A DNA stretch of 64,000 nt, taken from assembly GCA_963422645.2 (NCBI GenBank), contig CAXXVO010000007.1, forward strand, positions 224,001-288,000. Reading direction: 5' to 3'. The position numbers were made by a program, and so were the translations under genes. Of the stretch, positions 39,833-49,844 are shown in pieces. Below the pieces are notes generated by a model that was given only the letters and a program-made list of their open reading frames with translations, ran no database searches and was not told the origin of the DNA. This stretch comes from Alphaproteobacteria bacterium. Lineage in GTDB: Bacteria; Pseudomonadota; Alphaproteobacteria; UBA828. The first letter of the stretch is position 1. Each line of letters begins with the position of its first letter.

Positions 39833-42163
39833 TTAAACCGCTACGAGCGCGCGCCAGACGCGCTCCGGGGTGAGCGGCATGTCGATGTCGGTGACGCCGC
39901 GCTCCTTGAGCGCATCGAGCACGGCGTTCACCACGGCCGCAGGCGCGGGGATTGCCCCCGCCTCGCCGCAGCCCTTGATGCCGAGCGGGTTCTGGCTGGT
40001 CGGCACGCCCTTGGCGGCGAGCGCGAAGGGGGGCATGTCGTCGGCGCGCGGCATGCAGTAGTCCATGAAGGAGCCGGAGAGCAGCTGGCCGGATGCCTCG
40101 TCGTAGACGCAGTTCTCGAACACCGCCTGTCCCAGCCCCTGCGCCACGCCGCCGTGCACCTGGCCGTCGACCAGCACGGGATTGACGATGCGCCCAAAAT
40201 CGTTGACCGCGGCGTAGTTGACCAGATCCAGTGCGCCGGTCTCGGGGTCGACCTCGACCTCGCAGATGTGGCAGCCGTTGGGGAAGGTACCCTCAAGCGT
40301 CTCCGTCTTGCCGCTCGCGTCCAGCCCCGGCTCCATGCCCTCCGGCAGGTTGGCCGGTTCTTTCGCCTGCGCCGCCAGAGTCATGATGTCGATGGCGCGG
40401 TCGGTGCCGGCGATGGAAAAGTCGCCGTCGGCGAAGCGGATGTCCGCCGGCGCCACCTCCAGGATGTTGGCGGCGATCTGGGTGCCCTTGTCGATCACCT
40501 TGGCGGCGCCGTCATCGATCGCGAGCGCCACCATGTAGGTGGAGCGTGAGCCACCGCTGCCGCCGCCTCCGGGGAGGTCGTCGCTGTCCCCCTCGATGAG
40601 ATCGATGGCCTCGAAGGGTATGCCCAGGCTCTCGCTGAGCAGCTGGGCATAGGTGGTGACGTGACCCTGACCGGAGGCTTGGGTGCCGGCGCTCAGGCTG
40701 ACCCCGCCGTCGTCGCGGAAGCGGATGGCGACGTACTCGGCAGGATCGCCCACGGTCGATTCGACGTAGACCGCGATGCCGATGCCGCGCAGCTTGCCCC
40801 GCGCCGCCGCCTCCGCGCGCCGTCCGGCGAAGCCTGACCAGCCGGCGAGCGCCAAGCTGTCGTCGAGGATGCGGGCGTAGTCGCCCGAGTCATAGGTGAT
40901 GTCGAGCGGCGCCTGATAGGGCATCGCCGCCGCCGGAATCAGGTTGCGCCGGCGGATCTCGTCGGGCGCAAGGCCGAGCGTGGCCGCAGCCTTGTCCACC
41001 AGGCGCTCGACCACGTAGTTCGATTCCGGAATGCCGGCGCCGCGGTAGGCATCGGTGAAGACGGTGTTGGTGAGCACGCCTTCGACCTCGGCATGGATCG
41101 CGGGCGTGCGGTAGGCATTCGCGAGCATGCGCGTGTAGAGCAGGGTCGGCGAGATCGGCCCGAGGTTGGAGACGTAGGCGCCGAGGTTGGCCAGCGTGCG
41201 CACGCGCAGGCCCAGGAACTGCCCGTCCGCATCGAGCGCCAGCGCCGCCCGCGTGATGTGGTCGCGCGCCTGGGTGTCGCTCTGAAACCCCTCGATGCGC
41301 CCGCACAGCCAGCGCACCGGCCGCCCCAGCTTGCGCGCGGCCCAGCCCACGAGCACGTGCTCGTGATAGGTGAAGTACTTCATACCGAAGCCGCCGCCGA
41401 GGTCGTGGGAGAGGATGCGCAGGCGGTCTTCCTCGATGCCCAGGATGCCGGCGATGACGGCGCGCGCGCCGTGCACGTGCTGGCTGTTGATGTGGAGGGT
41501 GTAGCGCTCGCTCGCCGGGTCGTAGACGCCGAGCGCGCCGCGCGGCTCGATGGTGTTCACCACCACGCGGTTGTTGATCAGCTCGATTTCCACGGTGTGG
41601 GCCGCGGCCCGGAAGGCGGCCTCGGTGGCGGCTGCATCGCCCTGCGCCCAGACGCAGGAGAGGTTGCCGGGCGCCTCCGGCCAGATTTGCGGCGCGTCCG
41701 CCTCGCGCGCACGCCCGGCATCGACCACCGCCGGCAGCGGTTCGTAGTCCACGCTCACGAGCTCTGCCGCATCCTGCGCAGCAGCGAGGGTCTCGGCCAC
41801 GACCATGACCACCGCCTCGCCGACGTGGCGCACGCGATCCTCCGGCAGCATCGGGTTGGGCGGATAGCAGGCGGGGCTTCCGTCCGGACGCGTGAGCGGC
41901 ACGAAGGCATCGGCGATGCAGGGCAGCGTGCCGATGCCGGCCGCCGTCACGTCCGCGCCGGTGTAGACGGCGAGCACGCCATCGGCGGCCGCGGCCGCTG
42001 CTGTGTCGACCGCCCTTATGTCGGCATGGGCGAGGGGCGAGCGCACGAAGCAGGCATGCACCTCGCCCTCGAGCGAAACGTCGTCCTGGAACCGCCCGAG
42101 GCCTTTGAGCAGTACGTCGTCTTCCTTGCGCGGTGCCGATTGGCCGACGCCGAACCGTGCCAT
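39833..42163 (-). CDS. Xanthine dehydrogenase-family molybdopterin-binding subunit (CoxL-like)
   Basis: RSPLAHA, GGGFGMK, AYRGAG, GQGHVT, GQVHGG, KGCGEAG. Confidence 0.92.
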   Translation of the reverse strand: MARFGVGQSAPRKEDDVLLKGLGRFQDDVSLEGEVHACFVRSPLAHADIRAVDTAAAAAADGVLAVYTGADVTAAGIGTLPCIADAFVPLTRPDGSPACYPPNPMLPEDRVRHVGEAVVMVVAETLAAAQDAAELVSVDYEPLPAVVDAGRAREADAPQIWPEAPGNLSCVWAQGDAAATEAAFRAAAHTVEIELINNRVVVNTIEPRGALGVYDPASERYTLHINSQHVHGARAVIAGILGIEEDRLRILSHDLGGGFGMKYFTYHEHVLVGWAARKLGRPVRWLCGRIEGFQSDTQARDHITRAALALDADGQFLGLRVRTLANLGAYVSNLGPISPTLLYTRMLANAYRTPAIHAEVEGVLTNTVFTDAYRGAGIPESNYVVERLVDKAAATLGLAPDEIRRRNLIPAAAMPYQAPLDITYDSGDYARILDDSLALAGWSGFAGRRAEAAARGKLRGIGIAVYVESTVGDPAEYVAIRFRDDGGVSLSAGTQASGQGHVTTYAQLLSESLGIPFEAIDLIEGDSDDLPGGGGSGGSRSTYMVALAIDDGAAKVIDKGTQIAANILEVAPADIRFADGDFSIAGTDRAIDIMTLAAQAKEPANLPEGMEPGLDASGKTETLEGTFPNGCHICEVEVDPETGALDLVNYAAVNDFGRIVNPVLVDGQVHGGVAQGLGQAVFENCVYDEASGQLLSGSFMDYCMPRADDMPPFALAAKGVPTSQNPLGIKGCGEAGAIPAPAAVVNAVLDALKERGVTDIDMPLTPERVWRALVAV

Positions 42164-42294
42164 CGCTCCCTCCCACTATCTGGTGCGGGCATGATAGGGA
42201 ACTCGGCCGCGGGCGTCATCCGGAGCGGTCAGCGAGGCGCCGCCAGCGCACAGAAGCCCTCGGCCTCTGCCCGAATCGGCCGCCTTTGTGCTAC

Positions 42295-42444
42295 CTAGAG
42301 CGTATCCGCTTTACGCGGAAACGCTCTAGCGTCTTGTCGCTCACGGCAGCCGGCCTGCGGCCGGCGCCTCCGCGAGGGCGCCGCTAACGCGGCGGGCCGC
42401 GGTCGCGGCCTGTCGCGCGTCCGTCAAAGACGGACGCGCTCTAG
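42295..42444. repeat. 150-bp palindromic MITE-like element, copy 1
   Basis: CTAGAGCG...CGCTCTAG termini with internal hairpins; near-identical to copy 2. Confidence 0.85.
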
Positions 42445-42500
42445 CCGGAAGGGTCGGGGCGCCGGTGCGGGCGCCCGCGAGCGAGTCAGAGGAGGAAGCG

Positions 42501-42959
42501 ATGACGTTTGAGGAGAAGGTCGAGCGGCTCAACGCGATCGAGGACATCAAGCAGCTCAAGGCGCGCTACTGCCAGCTCTGCGACGCGGGCTACGACCCCG
42601 ACGGCATCGCGGCGATGTTCGTGGAAGACGGTGTGTGGGACGGGGGCGAAAACTTCGGCTGCCATGTCGGGCGCGAGGCGATCCACGGCTTCTTCTCAGG
42701 CATCTCCAACGACATCGTCTTCGCCGCCCACCTGGTGCTCAACCCGATCATCACGGTGGATGGGGATGCCGCCAACGGCAAGTGGTGGCTGATCATGCCC
42801 TGCACCACGGAGCTCGGCGGCGGGCCCAAGGAGGCGCGCTGGCTGCTCGCGGAATACGACGACGACTACGTGCGGGTCGACGGCACCTGGTACTACAAGC
42901 ACCTGCGCATCGACCTGAAGTTCTTCACCCCGCACAAGGACGGCTGGGTGGAGACTTAG
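42501..42959 (+). CDS. SnoaL/NTF2-like protein
   Basis: IEDIKQLKARYCQLCD, HLVLNPII, YDDDYVRVDGTW. Confidence 0.85.
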   Translation: MTFEEKVERLNAIEDIKQLKARYCQLCDAGYDPDGIAAMFVEDGVWDGGENFGCHVGREAIHGFFSGISNDIVFAAHLVLNPIITVDGDAANGKWWLIMPCTTELGGGPKEARWLLAEYDDDYVRVDGTWYYKHLRIDLKFFTPHKDGWVET

Positions 42960-43105
42960 AGCGTTTCCGCCCTTCACGGAAACACTCTGGCTGTTTGTCG
43001 CTCACGGCAGCCGGCCTGCGGCCGGCGCTTCCGCGATGGCGCCGCTAACGCGGCGGGCCGCGGTCGCGGCCTGTCGCGCGTCCGTCAAAGACGGACGCGC
43101 TCTAG
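42956..43105. repeat. MITE-like element, copy 2
   Basis: TTAGAGCG...CGCTCTAG; supplies stop codons to both convergent neighbours. Confidence 0.85.
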
Positions 43106-43494
43106 AACTTGCGGTACGCCCCGTTGAGGTCGGCCATGGGGTGGCGGGGGGACATCTGGAACTTCACCAGCAGCTCGCGGGCGAGCATGTCGCGCTCCTG
43201 CTGGTTGTCGGGCAGCTCCAGGTCCTCTGGCACCGAGACCCAGCCGTTGATGTTGCGGTCGAACACCGCGGGCCGGCCTTCCTCGTAGCCCATGTGGACG
43301 TCTTCCAGCCAGTTCAGGTCGGTCCAGCCCATGGTATCGATGTAGCGCTTGAGGAAGGGCGTCAGCCGCTCGTAATCGGGCACCAGGTTCACATCGTAGC
43401 GATAGCCGATGTGCTGGCCGATCTCCTTCTCGCGCTCGCTGTCGAGGCCGCTCTGGCTCAGGTAGTAGTCGACGTCGCCGGTCTTGTCGCTCAT
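43102..43494 (-). CDS. Hypothetical protein (130 aa), last gene of the GS-like operon
   Basis: Strong codon bias; GGAG RBS; follows the FMN subunit gene. Confidence 0.75.
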   Translation of the reverse strand: MSDKTGDVDYYLSQSGLDSEREKEIGQHIGYRYDVNLVPDYERLTPFLKRYIDTMGWTDLNWLEDVHMGYEEGRPAVFDRNINGWVSVPEDLELPDNQQERDMLARELLVKFQMSPRHPMADLNGAYRKF

Positions 43495-43517
43495 GGCGCT
43501 TCTCCGGTCCTGATCGC

Positions 43518-44885
43518 TTAGTAGCGGTTCATGTCGGGGCGGCCGACGGTGTGCTGGGAGCCTGCGAGCGGCACCTGGGCCATGGCCGAAGCCTCCATGG
43601 TGAGCGCGGCGAGGTCCTCGGGCTCCAGGCTGTGCACGTCGGTCTTGCCGCAGGCGCGCGCCATCATCTGGCATTCCAGCGTCAGCGTGTGGAGGAAGTT
43701 GTAGACCCGCTCCGCCGCCTCGTCCGGGTCGAGCCGCTTGCGCAGCTCCGGGTCCTGGGTGGCGACGCCCACGGGGCAGCGCCCGGTATGGCAGTGATAG
43801 CAGTAGCCGGCCTCGACCCCGATCTCGGACTCGTAGTCGGCTTCCGGGATGTCCTTGTTGCAGTTGAGCGCCATCATCACCGAATGCCCGATGGCGACCG
43901 CGTCGGCACCCAGCGCGAGCGCCTTGGCGATGTCGCCGCCGTTGCGGACGCCGCCGGCGTAGACGAGGCTGATGCTGCCGGTGGCGCCGAGGTCGTCGAG
44001 GGCCTTCCGAGCCTGGCGGATCGCCGCGATGCCGGGCACGCCGGTCTCCTCGGTCGCGAGGTGGGGGCCGGCGCCGGTGGAGCCCTCCATCCCGTCGATG
44101 TAGATGCTGTCCGGGCCGGTCTTGATCGCCATGCGCACGTCGTCGTAGACGCGGGCGGCGCCGAGCTTGAGCTGAATCGGGATCTCGGCGTTGGTGGCCT
44201 CGCGGATCTCGTTGATCTTGAGGGCGAGGTCGTCGGGCCCGAGCCAGTCGGGATGGCGCGCGGGCGAGCGCTGGTCGATGCCGGCGGGCAGCGAGCGCAT
44301 CTCAGCCACCTGGTCGGTGACCTTCTGCCCCATCAGGTGGCCGCCGAGCCCGACCTTGCAGCCTTGGCCGATGAAGAACTCGCAGGCATCCGCCAGCCTC
44401 AGGTGGTGGGGGTTGAAGCCGTAGCGGGACTGGATGCACTGGTAGAGCCACTTCTCCGAATAGCGGCGCTCGTCAGGGATCATGCCGCCTTCGCCGGAGC
44501 AGGTGGCGGTGCCGGCCATGGTGGCGCCGCGGGCGAGCGCGGTCTTGGCCTCGTAGGAGAGCGCGCCGAAGCTCATGCCGGTGACGTAGACGGGGATGTC
44601 GAGCACCAACGGGCGCTTGGCCTTGGGCCCGATCACCGTGGTGGTCGTGCACTTCTCGCGGTAGCCCTCGATGACGAAGCGGGTGAGCGTGCCCGGCAGG
44701 AAGGTGAGGTCGTCGAAGGTCGGGATGTTCTTGAAGAGCGAGAAGCCCCGCATCCGATAGCGGCCGAGCTCCGCCTTGATGTGGATGTCGTCGATCACCT
44801 CCGGCGAAAAGATACTGCTCCGCCCCAGGATGTGACGGTTGCGGCTGGGCCGGTTGGCGACGGCTTCGCGTCTGTCGCTGGCCAT
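43518..44885 (-). CDS. FMN-binding glutamate-synthase-family subunit (MgsC/GlxD-like)
   Basis: GMSFGALS, SGEGG, GQGCKVGLGGHL, SPARHPD, CHTGRCPVGVATQDPELR. Confidence 0.9.
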   Translation of the reverse strand: MASDRREAVANRPSRNRHILGRSSIFSPEVIDDIHIKAELGRYRMRGFSLFKNIPTFDDLTFLPGTLTRFVIEGYREKCTTTTVIGPKAKRPLVLDIPVYVTGMSFGALSYEAKTALARGATMAGTATCSGEGGMIPDERRYSEKWLYQCIQSRYGFNPHHLRLADACEFFIGQGCKVGLGGHLMGQKVTDQVAEMRSLPAGIDQRSPARHPDWLGPDDLALKINEIREATNAEIPIQLKLGAARVYDDVRMAIKTGPDSIYIDGMEGSTGAGPHLATEETGVPGIAAIRQARKALDDLGATGSISLVYAGGVRNGGDIAKALALGADAVAIGHSVMMALNCNKDIPEADYESEIGVEAGYCYHCHTGRCPVGVATQDPELRKRLDPDEAAERVYNFLHTLTLECQMMARACGKTDVHSLEPEDLAALTMEASAMAQVPLAGSQHTVGRPDMNRY

Positions 44886-44923
44886 GACGGGCTCCTTACT
44901 GGGTCGCGAGAGGCCGCGCTCGC

Positions 44924-45775
44924 TCAGAGCGCGATCTTCTTCTCGGTCGGCTCGAGGTTGTCGTAGTTCCAAAGCTGCTTGCCAGCCACGATCTTGGTCA
45001 GGTTCGCGACGCCCTTGGGCGCCTCCATCCCATAGGTCGCGAGCTTCCTCTCGAGCCAGCGCGCCTCGACGTCGGTGATCTCGCCGGGCACGGCATCGAC
45101 GCCGAGGGAAGCGATGGTGCCGCCCACGAAGATCGTGCCGTCATAGAGCGAATCCCCGAGGTTGGGGCCCGCGTCGCCGAGGATGACGATACGCCCGCGC
45201 TGCATCATGAAGCCGGTGAAGGCGCCGGCGCGGCCGCCGATGATGATGGTGCCGCCCTTCATGTCGATACCGGTGCGGGAGCCGACATCGCCCTTGCAGA
45301 CGAGATCGCCGCCCCGCAGCGCGGCGCCGAAGGTGGATCCCGCGTTCTTCTCGATCACCACGACGCCTGCCATCATGTTCTCGGCGCAGGACCAGCCGAC
45401 GCGGCCCTTGATGTGGACGTTGGGGCCGTCGATCAGGCCGCAGCCGAAGTAGCCGAGGCTGCCCTCGAAATCGAGCTTGAGGCGGTTGAGGATGCCGACG
45501 CCGAGGGAGTGCTTGGCCAGCGGATTCTGCACCACGATGTGGCCGTAGCCCTCTTCCATCAGCTCACGGATGCGGAGATTGAGGGCGGGCCCCTCCATCT
45601 CCGCCGCGTCGATCGTCGCCTTCTTGGTGAAATCGACGTCGAAGCCTTCGGGATAGGTGTAGTTGTCGCCTTCCTCCGGGTAGAAGAAGACCTGCTGGGT
45701 GCGGCCGGCGAGCTGCTCCGCGTGCAGCCCCATGTCATGGGACTTGTGCCGGTCGGCAGGGCTCAGTTCTGCCAT
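44924..45775 (-). CDS. GXGXG-domain subunit (MgsB/GlxC-like)
   Basis: Repeated Gly motifs, AENMMAG, GIDMKGG, GFMMQRG. Confidence 0.88.
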   Translation of the reverse strand: MAELSPADRHKSHDMGLHAEQLAGRTQQVFFYPEEGDNYTYPEGFDVDFTKKATIDAAEMEGPALNLRIRELMEEGYGHIVVQNPLAKHSLGVGILNRLKLDFEGSLGYFGCGLIDGPNVHIKGRVGWSCAENMMAGVVVIEKNAGSTFGAALRGGDLVCKGDVGSRTGIDMKGGTIIIGGRAGAFTGFMMQRGRIVILGDAGPNLGDSLYDGTIFVGGTIASLGVDAVPGEITDVEARWLERKLATYGMEAPKGVANLTKIVAGKQLWNYDNLEPTEKKIAL

Positions 45776-46719
45776 ACCATGACCTCCCCTTCGTAGGGAT
45801 CCCAGGTGTCGATCTCGTCGGGCATGATGCCGCGGATCGCGACCTCCTCGGAGGCGAGGCCGACGAAATCGTCGCTTTCGTAGAGCACCATGGGCTTGGC
45901 CGCCATCGTGTCCTTGGCCATGCCCAGGCTGTCCGCCGTCGCCACCAGATAGGTGAAGACGCCGTCAAGCTCGCCCACCGAACGATCCATCGCGTCCTTG
46001 AGCGCGTCGCCCCGTTCGATGCGGTCGGCGAGGTAGACGGCGATCAGCTCCGAATCGCAGTTCGACATGAAGCGATGGCCCCGGTGCTCCAGCGCCCGGC
46101 GGAACTTCCAGTAGTTGGTGAGCTGACCGTTGTGGACCACGGCGACGTCGTTGAAGGGATAGGCCCAGTAGGGGTGGGCCGAGCGGATGTCGACGTCCGA
46201 TTCCGTCGCCATCCGGGTGTGGCCGATGGCGTGGGTGCCCTGGAAGCCGGCGAGGCTGTACTGCTCACTCACGATGCCGGCGTCGCCCAGGTCCTTGATC
46301 AGCTCCAGCGCGCGGCCGAGGGAGAGAATCTCCGCACCTTCGACATCTTCGATATAGTCGGCGAAGCGCTTGAGCCGCTGCTGGCCGCCGTCGTCGCCAG
46401 CGGGGAAGCGCAGGCCGTAGCGGAACGCATACTCGGTTGCCGCTTCCTCGCCGACGATCTCGACATCCATGCTGCGGATGCGCGAATCGACCTCGGCCTT
46501 GCGGTCCTTGATCTGCTGATGGATTTCGAAGCCTTTGCCGATGTCCTCCTGTTCCGCCACCTTGAAGCGCATCACGAGGTCGCTCTCGACCGGAATGCCG
46601 TAGATGGCGAAGCCGGTGGAATCCGGCCCGCGGTGCTTGAGCGCCTGGAGCATCGTGGTCATCTCCGCCCCGATGTCGCCGCTCGATCCGCGATGGATCA
46701 GTCCTGCTATCCCGCACAT
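45763..46719 (-). CDS. Class II glutamine amidotransferase subunit (MgsA/GlxB-like)
   Basis: MCGIAG, HRGPDSTG, GHTRMATES, HNGQLTN, DSE. Confidence 0.9.
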   Translation of the reverse strand: MCGIAGLIHRGSSGDIGAEMTTMLQALKHRGPDSTGFAIYGIPVESDLVMRFKVAEQEDIGKGFEIHQQIKDRKAEVDSRIRSMDVEIVGEEAATEYAFRYGLRFPAGDDGGQQRLKRFADYIEDVEGAEILSLGRALELIKDLGDAGIVSEQYSLAGFQGTHAIGHTRMATESDVDIRSAHPYWAYPFNDVAVVHNGQLTNYWKFRRALEHRGHRFMSNCDSELIAVYLADRIERGDALKDAMDRSVGELDGVFTYLVATADSLGMAKDTMAAKPMVLYESDDFVGLASEEVAIRGIMPDEIDTWDPYEGEVMVWQN

Positions 46720-46742
46720 GGGCGCCTCGTCTTTCCAATTCG

Positions 46743-48212
46743 TTAGGGCAGGCAGTCGAGATAGGTCTCGACATCCCACTCGGTGACCGTGGACATGAAG
46801 CGCTCCCACTCGTCGCGCTTGTAGTGCAAGAAGACGCGGAGCATCTCGTCCGGCAGCGCGGACTTGATCACCTCGTCGCGCTCCAGCGCGTCGAGCGCGT
46901 CGCCCAGGGACATCGGCAACTTCTTCACCAGCTTGCCGGCCTCCATGGCCTGGTAGATGTTGCGCTCCTCTGGCTCGCCGGGGTCGAGGTCCCGCGAAAT
47001 GCCGTCGTCGAAGGCCTTGAGAATCGCGCTGGCCATCAGGTAGGGATTGACCATCGAATCCACCGAGCGGTATTCGAAACGGCCCGGCGCCGAGACACGC
47101 AGGCCGCAGGTCCGGTTCTGGTAACCCCAGTCGGCGAAAACCGGCGCCCAGAAGCCGGTGTCCCAGAGACGCCGGTACGAGTTGACCGTGGACGAGCCGA
47201 GGGCCGTGAGCGCGTCGAGATGCTCCATCACGCCGCCAATGCACTTGAGTCCGACCGGGCCAGGCTTGTGGGCGTCGATCGCGGGGTCCGGCATGAACAG
47301 GTTTTCGCCACCCTTCCAATAGCTGAAGGTGTCGTCCATGCCGGCGATCGGGTCCTGATGCAGCGTGTTGACTTGCTGCGCGCCGCCGCTCCAGAGCGAG
47401 ACGTTGTGATGGCAACCGCTCGCCGAGACCCCCATGAAGGGCTTCGACATGAAGCAGGCGATAACGCCGTGCTCGCGCGCGACCTGCGCGCAGATCTGAC
47501 GATAGGTGGTGAGCCGGTCGGCGGTTCTGAGCGCATCGTCGAAGTTGAAGTTGAGTTCCAGCTGGCCGGGCGCGTCCTCATGGTCGCCCTGGATCATGTC
47601 GAGCCCCATCGCCTGGGAATACTCGATCACCCGCATGAAGATCGGCCGGAGCTCCTCGAACTGGTCGATGTGGTAGCAGTTGGGCTTGGTCACGCCGCCG
47701 TCGGTCCCGCCGTCCGCGCCGCGCTTGAGCCACATCATCTCGGGCTCGGTTCCGTGGCGCATCTGCATCCCGTGCTTGGCCTGAAACTCGTCGTGCGCGA
47801 TCCGCAGGTTGCCTCGGCAGTCCGAGGTCAGATGGCCGCCCGGATTCTCACGCTCCTCCCGGTTGCGGAAGCAGGTGCAGAAGACGCGCGCGACGCGCTT
47901 GTCCCAGGGCAGCTGGGCGAAGGTCTCGGGGTCGGGGATGCCGACCAGTTCCGACGCTTCCGGCCCGTAGCCGATGTAGTTGGAGTGGCGGTCGGTGAAG
48001 AGGTTGGCGGTCGAGCCGTAGACCAGCTGGAAGCCGCGCGCGGCGATCTGTTCCCAGTGATCGGCCGGGATGCCCTTGCCAACGATCCGCCCGGTGACGG
48101 AGACGAACTGATAGTAGATGTAGGTCACGCCGAGCTCGTCGATCTTGGCGCGCACCTGCCGCACCAGCTCTTCGCGACCCTCCCGGTTCACATGGGCTTC
48201 AAGATCGGTCAT
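46743..48212 (-). CDS. Glutamine synthetase-like gamma-glutamyl-amine ligase
   Basis: EPE, HEDAPGQLE, KPF, SGCHHN, NSYRRL, GFWAP, RFEYR. Confidence 0.88.
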   Translation of the reverse strand: MTDLEAHVNREGREELVRQVRAKIDELGVTYIYYQFVSVTGRIVGKGIPADHWEQIAARGFQLVYGSTANLFTDRHSNYIGYGPEASELVGIPDPETFAQLPWDKRVARVFCTCFRNREERENPGGHLTSDCRGNLRIAHDEFQAKHGMQMRHGTEPEMMWLKRGADGGTDGGVTKPNCYHIDQFEELRPIFMRVIEYSQAMGLDMIQGDHEDAPGQLELNFNFDDALRTADRLTTYRQICAQVAREHGVIACFMSKPFMGVSASGCHHNVSLWSGGAQQVNTLHQDPIAGMDDTFSYWKGGENLFMPDPAIDAHKPGPVGLKCIGGVMEHLDALTALGSSTVNSYRRLWDTGFWAPVFADWGYQNRTCGLRVSAPGRFEYRSVDSMVNPYLMASAILKAFDDGISRDLDPGEPEERNIYQAMEAGKLVKKLPMSLGDALDALERDEVIKSALPDEMLRVFLHYKRDEWERFMSTVTEWDVETYLDCLP

Positions 48213-48245
48213 CTCCGGTTCCTCCCTGGCAATCGGCCGGTCTCG

Positions 48246-49589
48246 TCAGCTCCACGGGAAGGGGCTGTTGGAGACCGGGTGAAGGCGGCCCTCCGCAAAG
48301 CGTGAGAAGCGGAACGGCGCGAGCAGCGCACTCTCGCGGCCCATCAGCTCGTCCGCAACCAGCTTGCCGACGGCGAGCATCTTGTAGCCGTGGTTCGAGT
48401 CGGCGATCACGTAGCAGTTTTCGCGGAAGCGATCGAAGACGGGGAAGCTGTCGGCGGCAAAGGCGCCGATTCCGCCGGACGGCTCATCGAGCCAGCGGCC
48501 GATCTGGCCCTTGTAGCGGCCCTGGCAGAAGGCGAGCGCCGAGCACCACATCTCCCTGAACGCCTCGTCGACGACGAATTCCGGCGATTCCGGCCCGTAG
48601 GGATCGATCGCGACGTCGGGTACCGCAGTCTCCACCTTGTAGGGGGCGGCACCGCCCTGGACGCCGCCGAAGTTGAAGTCCGGCTTGTAGTAGATACCCC
48701 ACATCTCGTCTGTGATGAGCCTGCCGTCCACGTCGGAATAGAGCGGCTCGTCGGAATCGACGTGGATCACCGGCGGCATCGAGCCGTCGTCCGCCATGCC
48801 GTAGGAGGGCTCGACGGCGATCGTCCCTTCCTGGAGGCACCAGAAGCGCCACATCGCAACGTCGCGGTGCACCCTGCCTTCCAGATCCTTCACGTCGATG
48901 CGATCCGGCAAGTCGAGCATGTCCCAGATGCGCGGCACCCAGGGCCCGACCGCGACGATGACCTGGTCGACGCCGATGGAACCCTGATCGGTCTCGACCG
49001 ACGTCACCGCCTTGGAGTTGGCGCCGAAGCCGAAGCCCTTGACCTCGACCCCGGTGAGGATGCGCACGCCGGCACCCCTCGCCTTGTCCGCAAGCCCGTG
49101 GATGGAGGCCTTGTTGTGCGCGTATCCGCCCTTTTTCTCGTGCAGGACGGAGGTAACGCCCGGCGCCTGCCAGTCACTGAAGAGGCCCTGCATGTAGCGC
49201 GCACACTCGGCCTCGCCCTCGATGAACTCGGACTCGTAGCCGATCGCCCGCTGCTGATCGGCGATCTCGGCGATCTGGCTGCGCATGCTCTCGGGGCTGA
49301 TCTGCATATAGCCCACGGGATGGTAGTGGTAGGCCTCGGGGTCGCTCTCCCACTCCTCCACGCAGGCCGCCATCAGCTCGCGCATCGCCGGCTGATAGTA
49401 GTTGTTGCGGACCACGCCGCAGGCAATGCCCGAGGCGCCGGCGGCGATGTCGGTCTTGTCCACCACCAGAATGTCGGCAGCGGCGCCGTTGCCCTTTGCC
49501 TTGAGAGCGGATGCGAGATGATAGGCGGTGGCGAGGCCGTGGATTCCGGCCCCGATGATCAGATACTTGACGTGACCCGGAAGCGCCAT
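48246..49589 (-). CDS. FAD-dependent oxidoreductase (DAO/sarcosine oxidase beta-like)
   Basis: IIGAGIHG, GASGIACGVVRNNY, HGYKM. Confidence 0.88.
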   Translation of the reverse strand: MALPGHVKYLIIGAGIHGLATAYHLASALKAKGNGAAADILVVDKTDIAAGASGIACGVVRNNYYQPAMRELMAACVEEWESDPEAYHYHPVGYMQISPESMRSQIAEIADQQRAIGYESEFIEGEAECARYMQGLFSDWQAPGVTSVLHEKKGGYAHNKASIHGLADKARGAGVRILTGVEVKGFGFGANSKAVTSVETDQGSIGVDQVIVAVGPWVPRIWDMLDLPDRIDVKDLEGRVHRDVAMWRFWCLQEGTIAVEPSYGMADDGSMPPVIHVDSDEPLYSDVDGRLITDEMWGIYYKPDFNFGGVQGGAAPYKVETAVPDVAIDPYGPESPEFVVDEAFREMWCSALAFCQGRYKGQIGRWLDEPSGGIGAFAADSFPVFDRFRENCYVIADSNHGYKMLAVGKLVADELMGRESALLAPFRFSRFAEGRLHPVSNSPFPWS

Positions 49590-49662
49590 CTGCCCTCTCT
49601 CCTGGCGTCGCTCGGCCCTTGTTCGGGGGCGGACTCAAGCCGGGAGGTCCACATTTGTCAAG

Positions 49663-49736
49663 CCAATTGTGGCCCAATCGGAACGACCAATTATGAACCA
49701 ATATGAATGAATGGTTGTAAGATTGGTCAAAATTGA
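49663..49736. promoter_or_regulatory. Phased CCAAT/ATTGG array in the divergent promoter (candidate GntR/FadR operators)
   Basis: CCAAT at 49663, 49674, 49687, 49698; AATGG/ATTGG/ATTGA at 49710, 49722, 49732. Confidence 0.5.
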
Positions 49737-49844
49737 TTAAAGCAAAGAGGCCCGCATACGGTCTGCGCCGTGACTTACGGCGTTTTGGGAGGCGACGGGG
49801 GCACGGACCGGCGGGCGGCGCGCAACAAAAAATGGGCGGGCGCC

